Numbered from the stretch's first letter, positions 43,694-54,235 are shown. The stretch is 64,000 nucleotides of DNA from Rubripirellula sp. (GCA_965216875.1 OZ244207.1:1280001-1344000), one strand, 5' to 3'. The notes: generated from the letters alone by a model not told the origin. Translations and numbers: made by a program.

Positions 43694-46600
43694 GTGATTT
43701 GGAAATCGAAACGCCAGCGAAACCAAGTTCGAGAAAACAACGATCCGGTGCGGCGACGAAGGTCGCGAGCGCCCGAGCGACTCGAGGGTCGACGGCTCTT
43801 GGCTGCAGACCCGATTCACGTCGGTGTCGTTTATCTCGAAACCGATTACCTGGAGAGTGACCAGGATGTCGGTAGCGATTCGCGCGGCGACCGCTTCATC
43901 TTGTCCTTTACCGGTGGTGCTGCAGACACCGAATTGAATCAGATTCGGATCAGCACCGACAAGGATGGTGATGGAATCTCGGTCGGTGATCCCATTTACG
44001 ACACAGCCACTGGCGGGCGGGGCAAGCAGGGGGCGCACAACTTCCAGGTCTTGCGAATTGAAACCACCGAGCCTGGACGCACACCCAGTGTGACGGCGGA
44101 AGTTGCCGACGGCGGCCAATTGTTGGTGCTGAACCTCTCGGATTTCAAAGCGGGCGACCGTCTTGAATTTAGCATCGATGTTGACGAAGTGCTTCGCAAT
44201 GCGCTCGATCTCGCGATCTTCAACGATCGTCTTGACGTGATCACATCGGGACAGGAATTCCAAGATTCCATTCTCGAAGCAACTTTCGACGCGCCGCATT
44301 ACGAAACGGCTCAGGCTGACGCAATTTTCTTGAACGACTATGGTGATCCCGCAAGTTTGCTCGGGATCGATTTGCCTCCTGACGAAGGGGATGATCCGTC
44401 AAGCCGCCCCGACCGATCGGCGGCCGCCGTGGCGTCAACCACGCAAACGCCGAAGCCCATTTCGATCAGCGGGCACGTCTGGGTCGACAACGACTTGGAT
44501 CTGCTTCGCGAAGCCAGCGAAGCGACCATCGGCGGAGTGCAAGTCGCTCTTTGGAAGTTTGATTCCGAAGCCAACCAATACGTCGACACGGGGCACCGCG
44601 CGACAACGGGCGTGACCGGCAGGTACGAGTTCGGCACTGGGCTTGGACTGATGCCCGGCACGTATCGGGTGGTCGAGTCACAGCCTGGCGGCTATTTCAG
44701 CGTCGGCGCCGTCACAGGAAATGTAGCGGGAAGCTCGACAGGGTCGATCGAATCCGTTGATGTGCTGACCGGAATCCACATTCCGCTCGGCGGAACCGCA
44801 GCCGAGAACTATGACTTTGCGGAAGCGGATCCAACATCGATCAGCGGTTTCGTTTATCGCGACCTTGATAACGATGGCGTGCGAGACGCTGGAGAATCGG
44901 GGATTGCAGGTGTCGAAGTGCGCCTGGTTCCGATCAATGCGCCATCGCAATCGTCGTTGACCGTTCGGACGGGTAGTGATGGTTCGTATCGATTCACTGG
45001 TCTTGCGCCGGGCAAGTACGAAGTCATCGAAGTGAATCAGCCAGCTGGGCTTGGCGACGGTAAAGACACACCCGGGACAGTGCGTGGCGCGACGGTTGGC
45101 ATCGCCGATCAACCGGGGGATCGCATTACGGCGATCATGCTCGCCGGAGGTGATGATGGGATCGAGTACAACTTCGGTGAGTTGCCACTAAGTGCTCTGT
45201 CGGGCTACGTCTTCCTCGCGGCGCCCGGCCACGACTGCGAACCAACCCACGGGCCCGATGGCAACATTCCGCTCGCCGACGTTCGAGTCGCCATCCAGGA
45301 CGAACAAGGGCAAACCGTTGCCGAAGTCCGAACGGGCAGCGACGGTGGTTATCGATTCGAGAACCTGACGCCGGGTACTTATCAAATCATTCAGTACACG
45401 CCGGATGGGTTGCTCGACGGATCAGCTCATCCAGGACGCATTGAGGGCGTGCGCGTTGGTACGGTTACCGTCGATGGGTTGATCCAGGACATTCGACTCA
45501 GCAATGCTGATGGCGTTGACTACAACTTTTGTGAAATCGCACCTGCAAGTGTCAGCGGATACGTCTACCACGACCAAAGCAACGACGGGCAACGCGATCA
45601 AGGCGAGGCGGGGATTGCCAACACAACGATCGATTTGGTCGACCAGAGTGGCGCGACTGTTGCAACCACCACCACCGACGCAAATGGCCGCTACGAGTTT
45701 GCAGGACTGGAGCCAGGACGCTACAGCATCCGAGAAACGCAGCCCAATGGCTACTTTGATGGGATCGATTCGGTTGGAAACATCCGCGGCAGCCAAGTTG
45801 GGCAGGCCAACGCAAACGACCAATTGTCGTCGATTGAACTGAAACAGGGTGATGCGGGCGTCGAATACAACTTCGGTGAATTGGCTCCAGCGAGTATCGC
45901 TGGCCAAGTTCACGTCGATTTGAACGACAATTGTTTGGTGGATCCGGGCGAAGAGACTCTCGCCGACGTTGTGATTCGGTTGCTCGACGCGCAAGGCAGC
46001 GAAGTGGCTCGCACAACAACCAATTCCGATGGCCGCTATGAATTTGCGAACTTGGCTCCTGGCACCTACACGCTCGTCCAACAACAGCCAAGCGGCGTGA
46101 TCGATGGCAATGCGATGCCCGGCAACGTCGGTGGTACGGCAAATTCATCCAACGTGATCGATGACGTGGTGCTTACCTCGGGCGCTGTTGGCGTTGATTA
46201 CGATTTTTGCGAGAAAGCACCAGCAGCAATCGTTGGAAACGTGTTCGGTGACCTTGACGGCGATTGCGTTCGAGACGCTGGCGAAGCGGGCATCGAGAAT
46301 GTCACGATCGAGCTCTACGACGCATCGGGCCGACTGGTTGCAACGACAACAACCGACGCCGCCGGTGATTACCGCTTTGAAGGTTTGTCCGCCGGACAAT
46401 ACACGGTCCGCGAGCTGCAACCGACAGGTTGGTTGCAAGGCAGCCAGCACGCCGGTTCAGGTGGTGGCGACGACTCGGTTCAGGACACCATCTCGCAGAT
46501 CCAACTCGGGTGGGGACAGCGACTGACGAACTACGACTTCTGCGAGTTGCCGACATCGTCGATCACCGGAATCGTTTTCGTCGACGGAAACGGAAACTGC

Positions 46601-48850
46601 GTTCACGACAGTTCGGAGCAGCTCGTTGCGGGTGTGACCATTGAACTGCGCGACGCGTCGGGACATCTCGTAGCGACAACAACGACCGATGGAGCAGGAC
46701 GCTATCGCTTCGATGGTCTCGCAGCCGGTGAATACCAGATCATTGAACGGCAACCCGGTGAACTGTTTGACGGGAATGAGATGCCTGGCACTGGTAACGG
46801 ATTTGTCCTTGGCGATGATGCGTTGGGAGTCCAGCTGCTGACCGGACAAAATGTGGTCGATTACAACTTCTGCGAACTCGCACCGGCAACGCTGATCGGT
46901 TGCGTGTGGGAAGACACCACGGCGAACAACCAGTTTGATGCGGGCGAAGTTCCTGTCGCCGGCGTGATTATTGAGCTGCTTGACGCTGACGGCAACGTTG
47001 TTGCGCAGACGGTGACCGACCATGCTGGGAAATACCGTTTCGAATCACTGCGTCCTGGAACCTATAGCGTTCGCGAAACGCAACCGGTCGACCTGTTCCA
47101 TGGTGGCCAACTTGTTGGAAGCGAAGGTGGTGTGGTTGCTGGGCAAGACGTCATCGCCAACATCAAATTGCGAAGCGGAGTCGTCGCCGACGGGTATGAC
47201 TTCCCCGAGATTCCGCCGGCCACGATCTCGGGCTATGTCTTCCAGGATGGCGACGAGATCGAAGTTTCCGAGATTCCTGACGCAACCGAGTTGCGCGAGT
47301 TTTCGGATGGCCTGTTGACCGGCGACGACACGCCGATCGCTGGGGTCACGCTGTCGTTGCGTACGGCCGACGGCGAAGTCGTTCCGGTCTCGATGGCGAT
47401 CAATGGCATCTATTTCGGCGATGGTGTTTCGGTCACAACAGACGCCGATGGATATTACCAATTCAGCGGTTTGCGACCGGGCGTTTACCACGTCTTCCAA
47501 TCGCATCCCGATGGCTTTGTCGATGGTCTTGATTCTCCGGGCACGACCGGTGGCTTGGCCGTGAACGCCGCGGATGATTACAGCGAATCGGACCAGCGAT
47601 TCGTCGATTCACTGGGGCTTTCGGATCACTACGACGCCATCTTGAGTGTTGGCGTCGTCGGTGGCCAGCACTCGCAGCACAACAACTTCAGTGAACTTGT
47701 GATTGTGCAGGTCGATGATCCATTGATTCCAATTTTGCCACCGCCGACGGTGGTGACGCCGGAGTCCGAGTTTGCACCGATCGAGACTTTCCTGCAGCAA
47801 ACGCAATCACTGATTCGCGCAACGGCTTTGGTCGACACCGACTACCAGCCGCCATTCATCTACGCCAACAGTGACTGGAACATGTCATGGCACTTGAGCG
47901 TGATCAATGCCGGCTTCCCTCGCGGTCCCGTTGAAGCTGGCAGTTCGGTGATTCGAAGTGTGAGTGTGCGAAGCGGTGCCGTCTCATGGCGTGATGGTCA
48001 ACACACAAAGGGATCGTGGTCGCTCGTCAACGATGGTCGGCTGCAAACGATGGATGGGCTGACATTGGGTGAAGACTCAGCGGTGCCGCTGAGTGGTGAC
48101 TTCAATGGTGACAACCGTGACGAAGTCGCGATCTACGTCAACGGAAACTGGTACGTCGATCTCAACGGCAACGGGCGCTGGGATGCCGGGGACCTGTGGA
48201 TTGGACTCGGCACCGAAATGGATCGACCAGTCGTGGGTGACTGGGACGGCGATGGCAAAGATGACATCGGAATCTTTGGACCGCAATGGATGCGCGATCG
48301 GCTGCGCATTCCGCGCGATCCCGGTTTGCCTGATAAGCAAAACCAGCGGCGGCGAGACTATGAGTCGTACGACTACGCGGCTGATGAGAATGTGAAAGAG
48401 GAAGAGAAGCGTGAACTCAGGCATGCCGCACTCGGTGACAAGTCGCGCGCCGATGCCGTGGATCATGTGTTCCGCTATGGCGATCAGGTCGACACGCCCA
48501 TCTCGGGCGATTGGAACAGCGACGGGATTGATCAGATCGGTATCTTCCGCGAGGGACAATGGGTCCTCGACGTCGACGGCGATGGACGCTGGACCGGTCT
48601 GGATGAGTACGCCGAATTTGGTCAACCAGGTGATGTGCCTGTGGTCGGTGACTTCAACGGCGATCGCATCGACGAAATCGCTGTGGTTCGTGGCAACACT
48701 TGGATCATCGATAGCGATGGCGATCGCAAGATCACCGCCAACGACAAGCGGATCGAAGTGCCACGGCCAAGCGAAGATAGCCAACCGATTGTTGGTGACT
48801 TTGATGGCGACGGAAAAGACGAGCCAGGCTACTACGACGAGGCTGCTTAG
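43694..48850 (+). CDS. Large surface protein with planctomycete extracellular N-terminus, ~9 SdrD B-like repeats and FG-GAP-like C-terminal repeats
   Basis: ERLEGRRLLA N-terminal motif, repeated ISGxVxxDxxxxG...GxYxFxxLxPGxYxxxExQP...YNFxE units and GDFNGD/GDWDGDG motifs. Confidence 0.9.
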   Translation: MIWKSKRQRNQVRENNDPVRRRRSRAPERLEGRRLLAADPIHVGVVYLETDYLESDQDVGSDSRGDRFILSFTGGAADTELNQIRISTDKDGDGISVGDPIYDTATGGRGKQGAHNFQVLRIETTEPGRTPSVTAEVADGGQLLVLNLSDFKAGDRLEFSIDVDEVLRNALDLAIFNDRLDVITSGQEFQDSILEATFDAPHYETAQADAIFLNDYGDPASLLGIDLPPDEGDDPSSRPDRSAAAVASTTQTPKPISISGHVWVDNDLDLLREASEATIGGVQVALWKFDSEANQYVDTGHRATTGVTGRYEFGTGLGLMPGTYRVVESQPGGYFSVGAVTGNVAGSSTGSIESVDVLTGIHIPLGGTAAENYDFAEADPTSISGFVYRDLDNDGVRDAGESGIAGVEVRLVPINAPSQSSLTVRTGSDGSYRFTGLAPGKYEVIEVNQPAGLGDGKDTPGTVRGATVGIADQPGDRITAIMLAGGDDGIEYNFGELPLSALSGYVFLAAPGHDCEPTHGPDGNIPLADVRVAIQDEQGQTVAEVRTGSDGGYRFENLTPGTYQIIQYTPDGLLDGSAHPGRIEGVRVGTVTVDGLIQDIRLSNADGVDYNFCEIAPASVSGYVYHDQSNDGQRDQGEAGIANTTIDLVDQSGATVATTTTDANGRYEFAGLEPGRYSIRETQPNGYFDGIDSVGNIRGSQVGQANANDQLSSIELKQGDAGVEYNFGELAPASIAGQVHVDLNDNCLVDPGEETLADVVIRLLDAQGSEVARTTTNSDGRYEFANLAPGTYTLVQQQPSGVIDGNAMPGNVGGTANSSNVIDDVVLTSGAVGVDYDFCEKAPAAIVGNVFGDLDGDCVRDAGEAGIENVTIELYDASGRLVATTTTDAAGDYRFEGLSAGQYTVRELQPTGWLQGSQHAGSGGGDDSVQDTISQIQLGWGQRLTNYDFCELPTSSITGIVFVDGNGNCVHDSSEQLVAGVTIELRDASGHLVATTTTDGAGRYRFDGLAAGEYQIIERQPGELFDGNEMPGTGNGFVLGDDALGVQLLTGQNVVDYNFCELAPATLIGCVWEDTTANNQFDAGEVPVAGVIIELLDADGNVVAQTVTDHAGKYRFESLRPGTYSVRETQPVDLFHGGQLVGSEGGVVAGQDVIANIKLRSGVVADGYDFPEIPPATISGYVFQDGDEIEVSEIPDATELREFSDGLLTGDDTPIAGVTLSLRTADGEVVPVSMAINGIYFGDGVSVTTDADGYYQFSGLRPGVYHVFQSHPDGFVDGLDSPGTTGGLAVNAADDYSESDQRFVDSLGLSDHYDAILSVGVVGGQHSQHNNFSELVIVQVDDPLIPILPPPTVVTPESEFAPIETFLQQTQSLIRATALVDTDYQPPFIYANSDWNMSWHLSVINAGFPRGPVEAGSSVIRSVSVRSGAVSWRDGQHTKGSWSLVNDGRLQTMDGLTLGEDSAVPLSGDFNGDNRDEVAIYVNGNWYVDLNGNGRWDAGDLWIGLGTEMDRPVVGDWDGDGKDDIGIFGPQWMRDRLRIPRDPGLPDKQNQRRRDYESYDYAADENVKEEEKRELRHAALGDKSRADAVDHVFRYGDQVDTPISGDWNSDGIDQIGIFREGQWVLDVDGDGRWTGLDEYAEFGQPGDVPVVGDFNGDRIDEIAVVRGNTWIIDSDGDRKITANDKRIEVPRPSEDSQPIVGDFDGDGKDEPGYYDEAA

Positions 48851-48997
48851 CGGCCAGGCACCGGTTGCTTGTTACGCGCTGGCCGGGCCCGAAGCCTGAC
48901 GGCCAGCGGCTCACGAAGGCACGTGAGCCGCGATCGCGTAAGCGGCCGGGCATTTTGTACACGCTGGAACGCCCAAGGCCTCACGGCCAGCGGCTCA
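48849..48997. repeat. REP-like element
   Basis: GCCTGACGGCCAGCGGCTCACG and GAGCCGCGATCGCGTAAGCGGCCGG, inverted copies of units at 553-643. Confidence 0.75.
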
Positions 48998-49058
48998 ACG
49001 CTGTAATCCTCATCGCGATCGAACTGCAAAAAGCGGCCGTTTTTGCTGCTAGCGGCAC

Positions 49059-49087
49059 TTGACTGGCCGAGTGACTCTCTCTAAAAT
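49059..49087 (+). promoter_or_regulatory. Sigma70-type promoter (TTGACT-17 nt-TAAAAT)
   Basis: TTGACT at 49059-49064 and TAAAAT at 49082-49087, exact 17-nt spacer, upstream of the DUF1559 gene. Confidence 0.7.
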
Positions 49088-49092
49088 GCAAA

Positions 49093-49113
49093 TGCTATTG
49101 ATTCTCAATAGCA
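49093..49113. promoter_or_regulatory. Fur-family-like operator palindrome TGCTATTGA-TTC-TCAATAGCA
   Basis: Perfect 9-3-9 AT-rich inverted repeat overlapping the predicted transcription start. The core ATTGATTCTCAAT resembles the Fur core AATGATAATCATT. Confidence 0.6.
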
Positions 49114-49239
49114 GAAAAATCGACGACGCAGCAAGCCACGGGGCCGCCCATTCTTGGGCGGGCTCCTTTCGCCAGCCACGCTCGGTTCTGACTTCGGTTC
49201 AACGTGAACCGAGGCTGATTCCCTTCGTGTGCTTTCGAA

Positions 49240-50154
49240 ATGAGGAGCCACAACGTGACCCGTCACACATCACCGCTGCGCGCACTGGGCCGCAGTGCGA
49301 ACCGCAGCGCTTTCACTCTTGTTGAGCTGTTGGTTGTCATCGCAATCATTGGCATTTTGGTTGCCCTGCTTTTGCCCGCCGTTCAAGCTGCCCGCGGCAG
49401 CGCACGGCGCATGAGTTGCACCAACAACATGCGTCAGATCGGATTGGCACTTCACAATTACCACGCCACCTTCAAGGAATTCCCCGAAGGCTCTCGGCAA
49501 AGCAACTTCATTGGCCCACTTGCTTCCGTATTGCCTTATCTCGAAGAGGGGAGCACGTACCAACAGTTCGATTTCAGCAAGCGCTACTCGGACCCTTACA
49601 ACCAGGAAGTTGCCGGTCAAACGATTGCGACCTACTTGTGTCCTTCGATGCCATTGCCGCGCGAAGTCCCACTCGTTTCCGCTGGCGAAACGGGAGGACC
49701 TTCGAGTTATCTCGGAAACGAGGGAACGGCTTCGTACATGCGCACCAACGATGGCATGTTCGGTCTGAACTGGCCGACTTACGGTTTCAGGAATCCCGCG
49801 ACGAAGTTTCGTAACTTCACCGACGGTACAAGCACGACGTTTGCGTACGGCGAAACCACGTATGACATGCTCGACTATACGTGGCGTCCGCCTTCGCCAT
49901 TGGCAGGCGAGGTCAAATGGGGAACGGGACGATGGGTGCTTGGTTATCCCGCGATCTCGCTTGGCACGACGCTCAAGGAAATGAATGTTCACAACGCGGC
50001 CAACAACGGCGGTTTTCAAAGCATGCATCCCGGCGGCGTTCATTTCTTGTTTGTCGATGGCAGTGTTCGGTACTTGAACGAGTCGTTGGATCGAGAAACC
50101 TACAATGCGATGGCGACCCGCAATGGGCATGAAACGATCGAGGTGGTTGAATGA
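49240..50154 (+). CDS. DUF1559 prepilin-type N-methylation domain protein
   Basis: [44 protein letters not shown] and [15 protein letters not shown] (H-X9-DG). Confidence 0.95.
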   Translation: MRSHNVTRHTSPLRALGRSANRSAFTLVELLVVIAIIGILVALLLPAVQAARGSARRMSCTNNMRQIGLALHNYHATFKEFPEGSRQSNFIGPLASVLPYLEEGSTYQQFDFSKRYSDPYNQEVAGQTIATYLCPSMPLPREVPLVSAGETGGPSSYLGNEGTASYMRTNDGMFGLNWPTYGFRNPATKFRNFTDGTSTTFAYGETTYDMLDYTWRPPSPLAGEVKWGTGRWVLGYPAISLGTTLKEMNVHNAANNGGFQSMHPGGVHFLFVDGSVRYLNESLDRETYNAMATRNGHETIEVVE

Positions 50155-50570
50155 GACCGCTGAATCTTTTGATTGCGGGTCTTGTTGTTGCCATCGCAAA
50201 CGGTTGCAGCCGCGAGCCCGAGCCAACGCGCGTCGCCGTCCGCGGGACGTTGCAGTTGTCGGGCCGACCTCTGTCTGACGTCACGGTCAGCTTTGTGCCA
50301 AAGAAGCAGGGTGTCAGTGCGACAGCAAACGTTGTCGCTGGCCAGTTTGAGATTTCGGCGGAGCAGGGCCCCAGTCCAGGCGAGCATTTCGTTGTCGTAC
50401 GACCGAAATTCCCCGAGTTTGACCAAGCGATGGAGCAAATCGAAGCGGGCAAACGTGATCCGCTTAACGTTGCTGCTGTCCCGCTCGCCTATCAAAAGCC
50501 GGGCCGATTGAAGGCAACACTCGAAGAACAATCGGACAATGAGCTCACCTTCGAGCTCTCGTCACACTGA
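50151..50570 (+). CDS. Small lipoprotein (carboxypeptidase-regulatory-like fold; usual DUF1559 partner)
   Basis: Lipobox ANGC, VRGTL..GRPL...VSF.P and PLAY. Confidence 0.85.
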   Translation: MRPLNLLIAGLVVAIANGCSREPEPTRVAVRGTLQLSGRPLSDVTVSFVPKKQGVSATANVVAGQFEISAEQGPSPGEHFVVVRPKFPEFDQAMEQIEAGKRDPLNVAAVPLAYQKPGRLKATLEEQSDNELTFELSSH

Positions 50571-50607
50571 TACAATCAACCAAAACTCCCATTCAATAAG
50601 CGAAGCT

Positions 50608-52257
50608 ATGCAAACCCATTCCACCATGATTCGATCGGCGATGCTTTCGATCGTTTTTGCGGCCCTCGTGACGAGCGGTCCCGTCCTCGCACACTTTCCG
50701 TGGCTCTGTGTCCAAGACGACGCAGCGGTTCTCTTTTTCGGCGAAGACATCACTGACCGAACCTACCAACTGCCCAAGTCGCTCCAGGCGTTCCCGTTGC
50801 AGCTCGCCTCCGCTGGCGGAGCTTCGGTCTCGCTCGAAACCGTCGCGGTCGACACTGACAAACTTGTCGGCTTGCGCGTCGTAAACAAAGAGTTGCCGTC
50901 ATCGGGCCTGATTCATGGTCAAGCGACCTACGGCGTTTATCATGGCACCAAGCTGACCTATTACGTTCAACACGCTCTCGATCTGTCCAACGAGTCGTTG
51001 CAAGCCAAGAGTTCCAACGAGCTTCAAGCACGTTTGTCCAAGATTCCCGAAGGTGTCAGAGTCGTCGTGATGCGACAGGGCAAGCCGCTCGGCGACTCGA
51101 CGGTCAAGCTCTACTGCGACGAAGGCCATTTGGAGGCGGAACACAAGACTGACAGCGACGGGGCGTGTGAATTCACCACAAGCGAATTGGAAGGTGGATT
51201 GAATGCGATTGTTGTTGGCGCAAAAGAAGAGGATGCGGTCGGCAAAGTTGGCGATATCCCCTACACATCTGAAACACACTATTTGACGGCCACCTTCGTT
51301 TGGGGCGAAGAGAAGCGTGATGATTCTGTCGACGTCTCGGCCTCAGGCGTTGCCGACTTGCCGTTGGAATTGACCAGCTTTGGGGGTGCGGTCCACGACG
51401 GACGCCTTTTTGTTTACGGCGGGCATACAGGGTCCGCTCATTCCTATTCAACCGCCGAGCAATCGAATCAGTTTTTCTCGATTGATGCTCAGGGAGCCAA
51501 GCAATGGACGGAGCATCCCGCGGGGCCAAGACTTCAAGGCTTGGCTCTCGTTTCGACGCCGCGCGGTCTCTATCGCATCGGCGGTTTCACTGCGATGAAC
51601 GAAGAAGGTGAAGAGCACGATCTGCATTCTCAGGCTACCGTGTCGCGTTTTGATGCGGAGAAGAACCAGTGGGTTGAGGCGCCCGCCCTGCCAGAACCTC
51701 GGTCATCTTTCGAAGCGTGCTGTGTCGGAACCGAGATCTTCGTTGTCGGCGGGTGGTCGCTAAACGGGAGCGATGATTCCTCGTGGCATTCAACGGCGTG
51801 GCGGATGGACGTTGCCGCTGACAATCCCAAGTGGGTCCCCATCGCCGATCCGCCATTCCAGCGTCGTGCGCTCGCCGTGTTGGCTCACGAAGGCAAGGTT
51901 CACGCGATTGGTGGGATGGCCAAGCAGGGAGGCCCCACAACACGGACCGATGTCTATGATCCCAAGACGGACACCTGGACCAAGGGCGCCAATTTACAAG
52001 GCGCTCCGATGTCGGGTTTTGGTTGCAACGGCGATTCGATGGGCGGACGTTTGGTGATCACCACCGTGACAGGCGAAGTCCAAGTCTTGTCCGAAGATGA
52101 CAAAACATGGCAGGTCCAAGGCAAACTCAAGCCAGGTCGCTTTTTCCATTTTGTCGCGCCGGTCAATGACGACACGCTGCTGTTGGTCGGCGGAGCGAAC
52201 ATGTCGATTGGTAAGTTCACCGAAGTGCAGAAAGTTACTCTAGGGCAAGCCAACTAG
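50608..52257 (+). CDS. Secreted protein: DUF4198-like N-terminus (AHFPW, FFGE) plus Kelch-repeat propeller
   Basis: The signal peptide ends at AHF, leaving an N-terminal His. Kelch GG...W repeats in the C-terminal half. Confidence 0.8.
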   Translation: MQTHSTMIRSAMLSIVFAALVTSGPVLAHFPWLCVQDDAAVLFFGEDITDRTYQLPKSLQAFPLQLASAGGASVSLETVAVDTDKLVGLRVVNKELPSSGLIHGQATYGVYHGTKLTYYVQHALDLSNESLQAKSSNELQARLSKIPEGVRVVVMRQGKPLGDSTVKLYCDEGHLEAEHKTDSDGACEFTTSELEGGLNAIVVGAKEEDAVGKVGDIPYTSETHYLTATFVWGEEKRDDSVDVSASGVADLPLELTSFGGAVHDGRLFVYGGHTGSAHSYSTAEQSNQFFSIDAQGAKQWTEHPAGPRLQGLALVSTPRGLYRIGGFTAMNEEGEEHDLHSQATVSRFDAEKNQWVEAPALPEPRSSFEACCVGTEIFVVGGWSLNGSDDSSWHSTAWRMDVAADNPKWVPIADPPFQRRALAVLAHEGKVHAIGGMAKQGGPTTRTDVYDPKTDTWTKGANLQGAPMSGFGCNGDSMGGRLVITTVTGEVQVLSEDDKTWQVQGKLKPGRFFHFVAPVNDDTLLLVGGANMSIGKFTEVQKVTLGQAN

Positions 52258-52274
52258 CATGAAAGGGCAAGCCA

Positions 52275-52299
52275 CGGCGGGAGCGTGAGGCTCCCGCCG
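52275..52299. terminator. GC-rich hairpin between convergent genes
   Basis: CGGCGGGAGC-GTGAG-GCTCCCGCCG 10-bp stem with no clear U-tract. Confidence 0.5.
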
Positions 52300-52328
52300 C
52301 GGACTTGATCTCTTGAAGCCGGCGTTTG

Positions 52329-52982
52329 CTACGCCGAAGTCACTGGCATCTCGAGTGTACGAATCGCAAAGTCACCGAGGGTTGCAGACAGGCTTTGCTG
52401 CTTTCCTTCAGCGACGTAGCGGACCAGCGTTTCACTCGCCAAGACTGCCGACAGGATGGCGAGGTTCCGGGCGAGCGGGTACTCACAAACGTCGCCTTCG
52501 ACGTCGTTTGGCACTCGGTATTGGTCGTCCCAGACGACTTCACAGTAGTCTTCGAAAAGACCAACGTGCAGACACGGCATGTCAACCTTGCGTACGTGCC
52601 GCTGGACCCTTTGGCGAGATTGCGAGTTGTCAAAGGCATCAACGACGATGTCAGCCTGCTTCAAGAGCGACTTGACGTTACGATCATCAAGCTTTTTGGC
52701 GCTCGCTTCGATTTCAAGACCGACCGAGCGAAACAGCTTGGCACGCAAGATATCGACCTTGCGCGCACCAACGTCTGCGACATCGTACAACTGAGTGCTG
52801 ATGTTGTGCTCTTCGACACGGTCAAAGTCGATCACGCGCAGACGCCGAAACCCTTGGCGTAGCAAGTTGTCGACGAGGTTGGAACCGATCGCGCCGGCAC
52901 CACAGACCACAACCAATGGCTGGGCAAGGTTAGCCAGGGCCTCTTCACCTCGGTAAAGTTCTTCGTGCATCAGTGGTTTCAT
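52329..52982 (-). CDS. ThiF/MoeB/E1-like adenylyltransferase
   Basis: CGAGAIGS, DFDRVEEHNISTQLY, GARKV, DAFDN...R and candidate catalytic Cys in DVCEYP. The MoeB Zn-binding CxxC pairs are not seen. Confidence 0.9.
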   Translation of the reverse strand: MKPLMHEELYRGEEALANLAQPLVVVCGAGAIGSNLVDNLLRQGFRRLRVIDFDRVEEHNISTQLYDVADVGARKVDILRAKLFRSVGLEIEASAKKLDDRNVKSLLKQADIVVDAFDNSQSRQRVQRHVRKVDMPCLHVGLFEDYCEVVWDDQYRVPNDVEGDVCEYPLARNLAILSAVLASETLVRYVAEGKQQSLSATLGDFAIRTLEMPVTSA

Positions 52983-53135
52983 GTCTATGCCTGTTTTGTT
53001 TGGAACCGGACAACTCAAAAAAACGTATCGAGGCGGTCTCGCTAACGCGCCCGTTGGTCGTACCGCCCAGGAGCGGAATGACCGGCCTTCCAAGGTCGAT
53101 ACGACCAACGGTGTCGCGTACCGAAAAAATGAACG

Positions 53136-54185
53136 CTAGCGGCGGCGAGGTTGGTTTCGGCGAGGATGAATCCGCCAGTATTCCTCTTCGCTCATGCCTT
53201 CGTTTTCATCGCCAATTGCCAGCAGCGAACCGTCGTCAGAGCCTTCACGAAGGACACCGACGAGGCTTCCAAGGTCGAACTTGTGATCCTCGCCACTGAG
53301 GCAGATGCCTGCGACATGCAACGACAAGTCGCTCTTGGCGACCGACGACGTGTACCGTGCACCGTCAACGTTGAACGTGACACGGTAGCTATCGTTGCGT
53401 TCCATGTAGTCGACCAATTCGGCGCCCGCGTGGGACAACGATTCGTACAACCTTTGCTGATGCATGTCCGCGAAATGGAGTTCGTTCCTTTCCTGTGTTT
53501 CCACACGGAATTCGGAGCGACGTCCCGGTCGGTCACGCGTCCGGTTGGGTTGAGTCAGCCCCAAGTAGTTCCACTCGTATGCCGCCCGCTGCGCGGCGGT
53601 CAGTCCTGGCCGATCGAGCTCCTTGGGTGGCGTTCGCTCCAGCAGGTGTTCGCGCAGCGCCGCCGGCGCGGCCAAGTCGCCTCGCAGGACCAGCTCGTCA
53701 TACCAGAATCGAACGCCGTCAAAACGGACCGAGATCGAATCGAACAACTGCACGTCTTGGCAAAGTGCAATGGGAACGAGCCCTTGGACGTGAATGCGAC
53801 GATCGCCTTGGTGGGCAAGCGTCGCCAGCCACTGGCCCGCTTGGGTTTGGGCGTCACGCCCGACAGCCTTTTGGGTCAGGATCATCTGCAGTCGCGGGAA
53901 AAGATCGAGGTAGCTGCGTCGCTGCATGAGCGAAGCTTCACGCACCAGAACCGCTTCCCGGTGTGACAATGGCGAAAAGACGCCCCAGCCTTCGAAGTCA
54001 TCGGGGGCAACCGCTAGCGTGCACATCACGCCGGCGATGCGGACGCGCACAACGCCCCCGGCTGCGACCGGCGCAAGAAACTCGCTCTGCAAGAATTGAT
54101 TTTCCTGCTCAGCGAGTCGCTTCATCTTTTCGAAGAGGCTGGTGTTTCGCTTCATTGGAGTGGGGGTGCTTTGAGGGTTAACCAC
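53136..54185 (-). CDS. Hypothetical protein with C-terminal AGICLSGED.KFDL Cys motif
   Basis: 349-aa ORF co-oriented inside the E1/Ro60 cluster. The start may be an internal Met. Confidence 0.75.
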   Translation of the reverse strand: MVNPQSTPTPMKRNTSLFEKMKRLAEQENQFLQSEFLAPVAAGGVVRVRIAGVMCTLAVAPDDFEGWGVFSPLSHREAVLVREASLMQRRSYLDLFPRLQMILTQKAVGRDAQTQAGQWLATLAHQGDRRIHVQGLVPIALCQDVQLFDSISVRFDGVRFWYDELVLRGDLAAPAALREHLLERTPPKELDRPGLTAAQRAAYEWNYLGLTQPNRTRDRPGRRSEFRVETQERNELHFADMHQQRLYESLSHAGAELVDYMERNDSYRVTFNVDGARYTSSVAKSDLSLHVAGICLSGEDHKFDLGSLVGVLREGSDDGSLLAIGDENEGMSEEEYWRIHPRRNQPRRR

Positions 54186-54224
54186 GTAGGCCGGATCAAG
54201 GAGCGACAGCGACGCAGATCCGGC
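54186..54224. repeat. GTAG-type REP element
   Basis: GTAGGCCGGATCAAGGAGCGACAGCGACGCAGATCCGGC, reverse complement of the 37185-37222 unit. Confidence 0.8.
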
Positions 54225-54235
54225 ACGGTCTGGTC

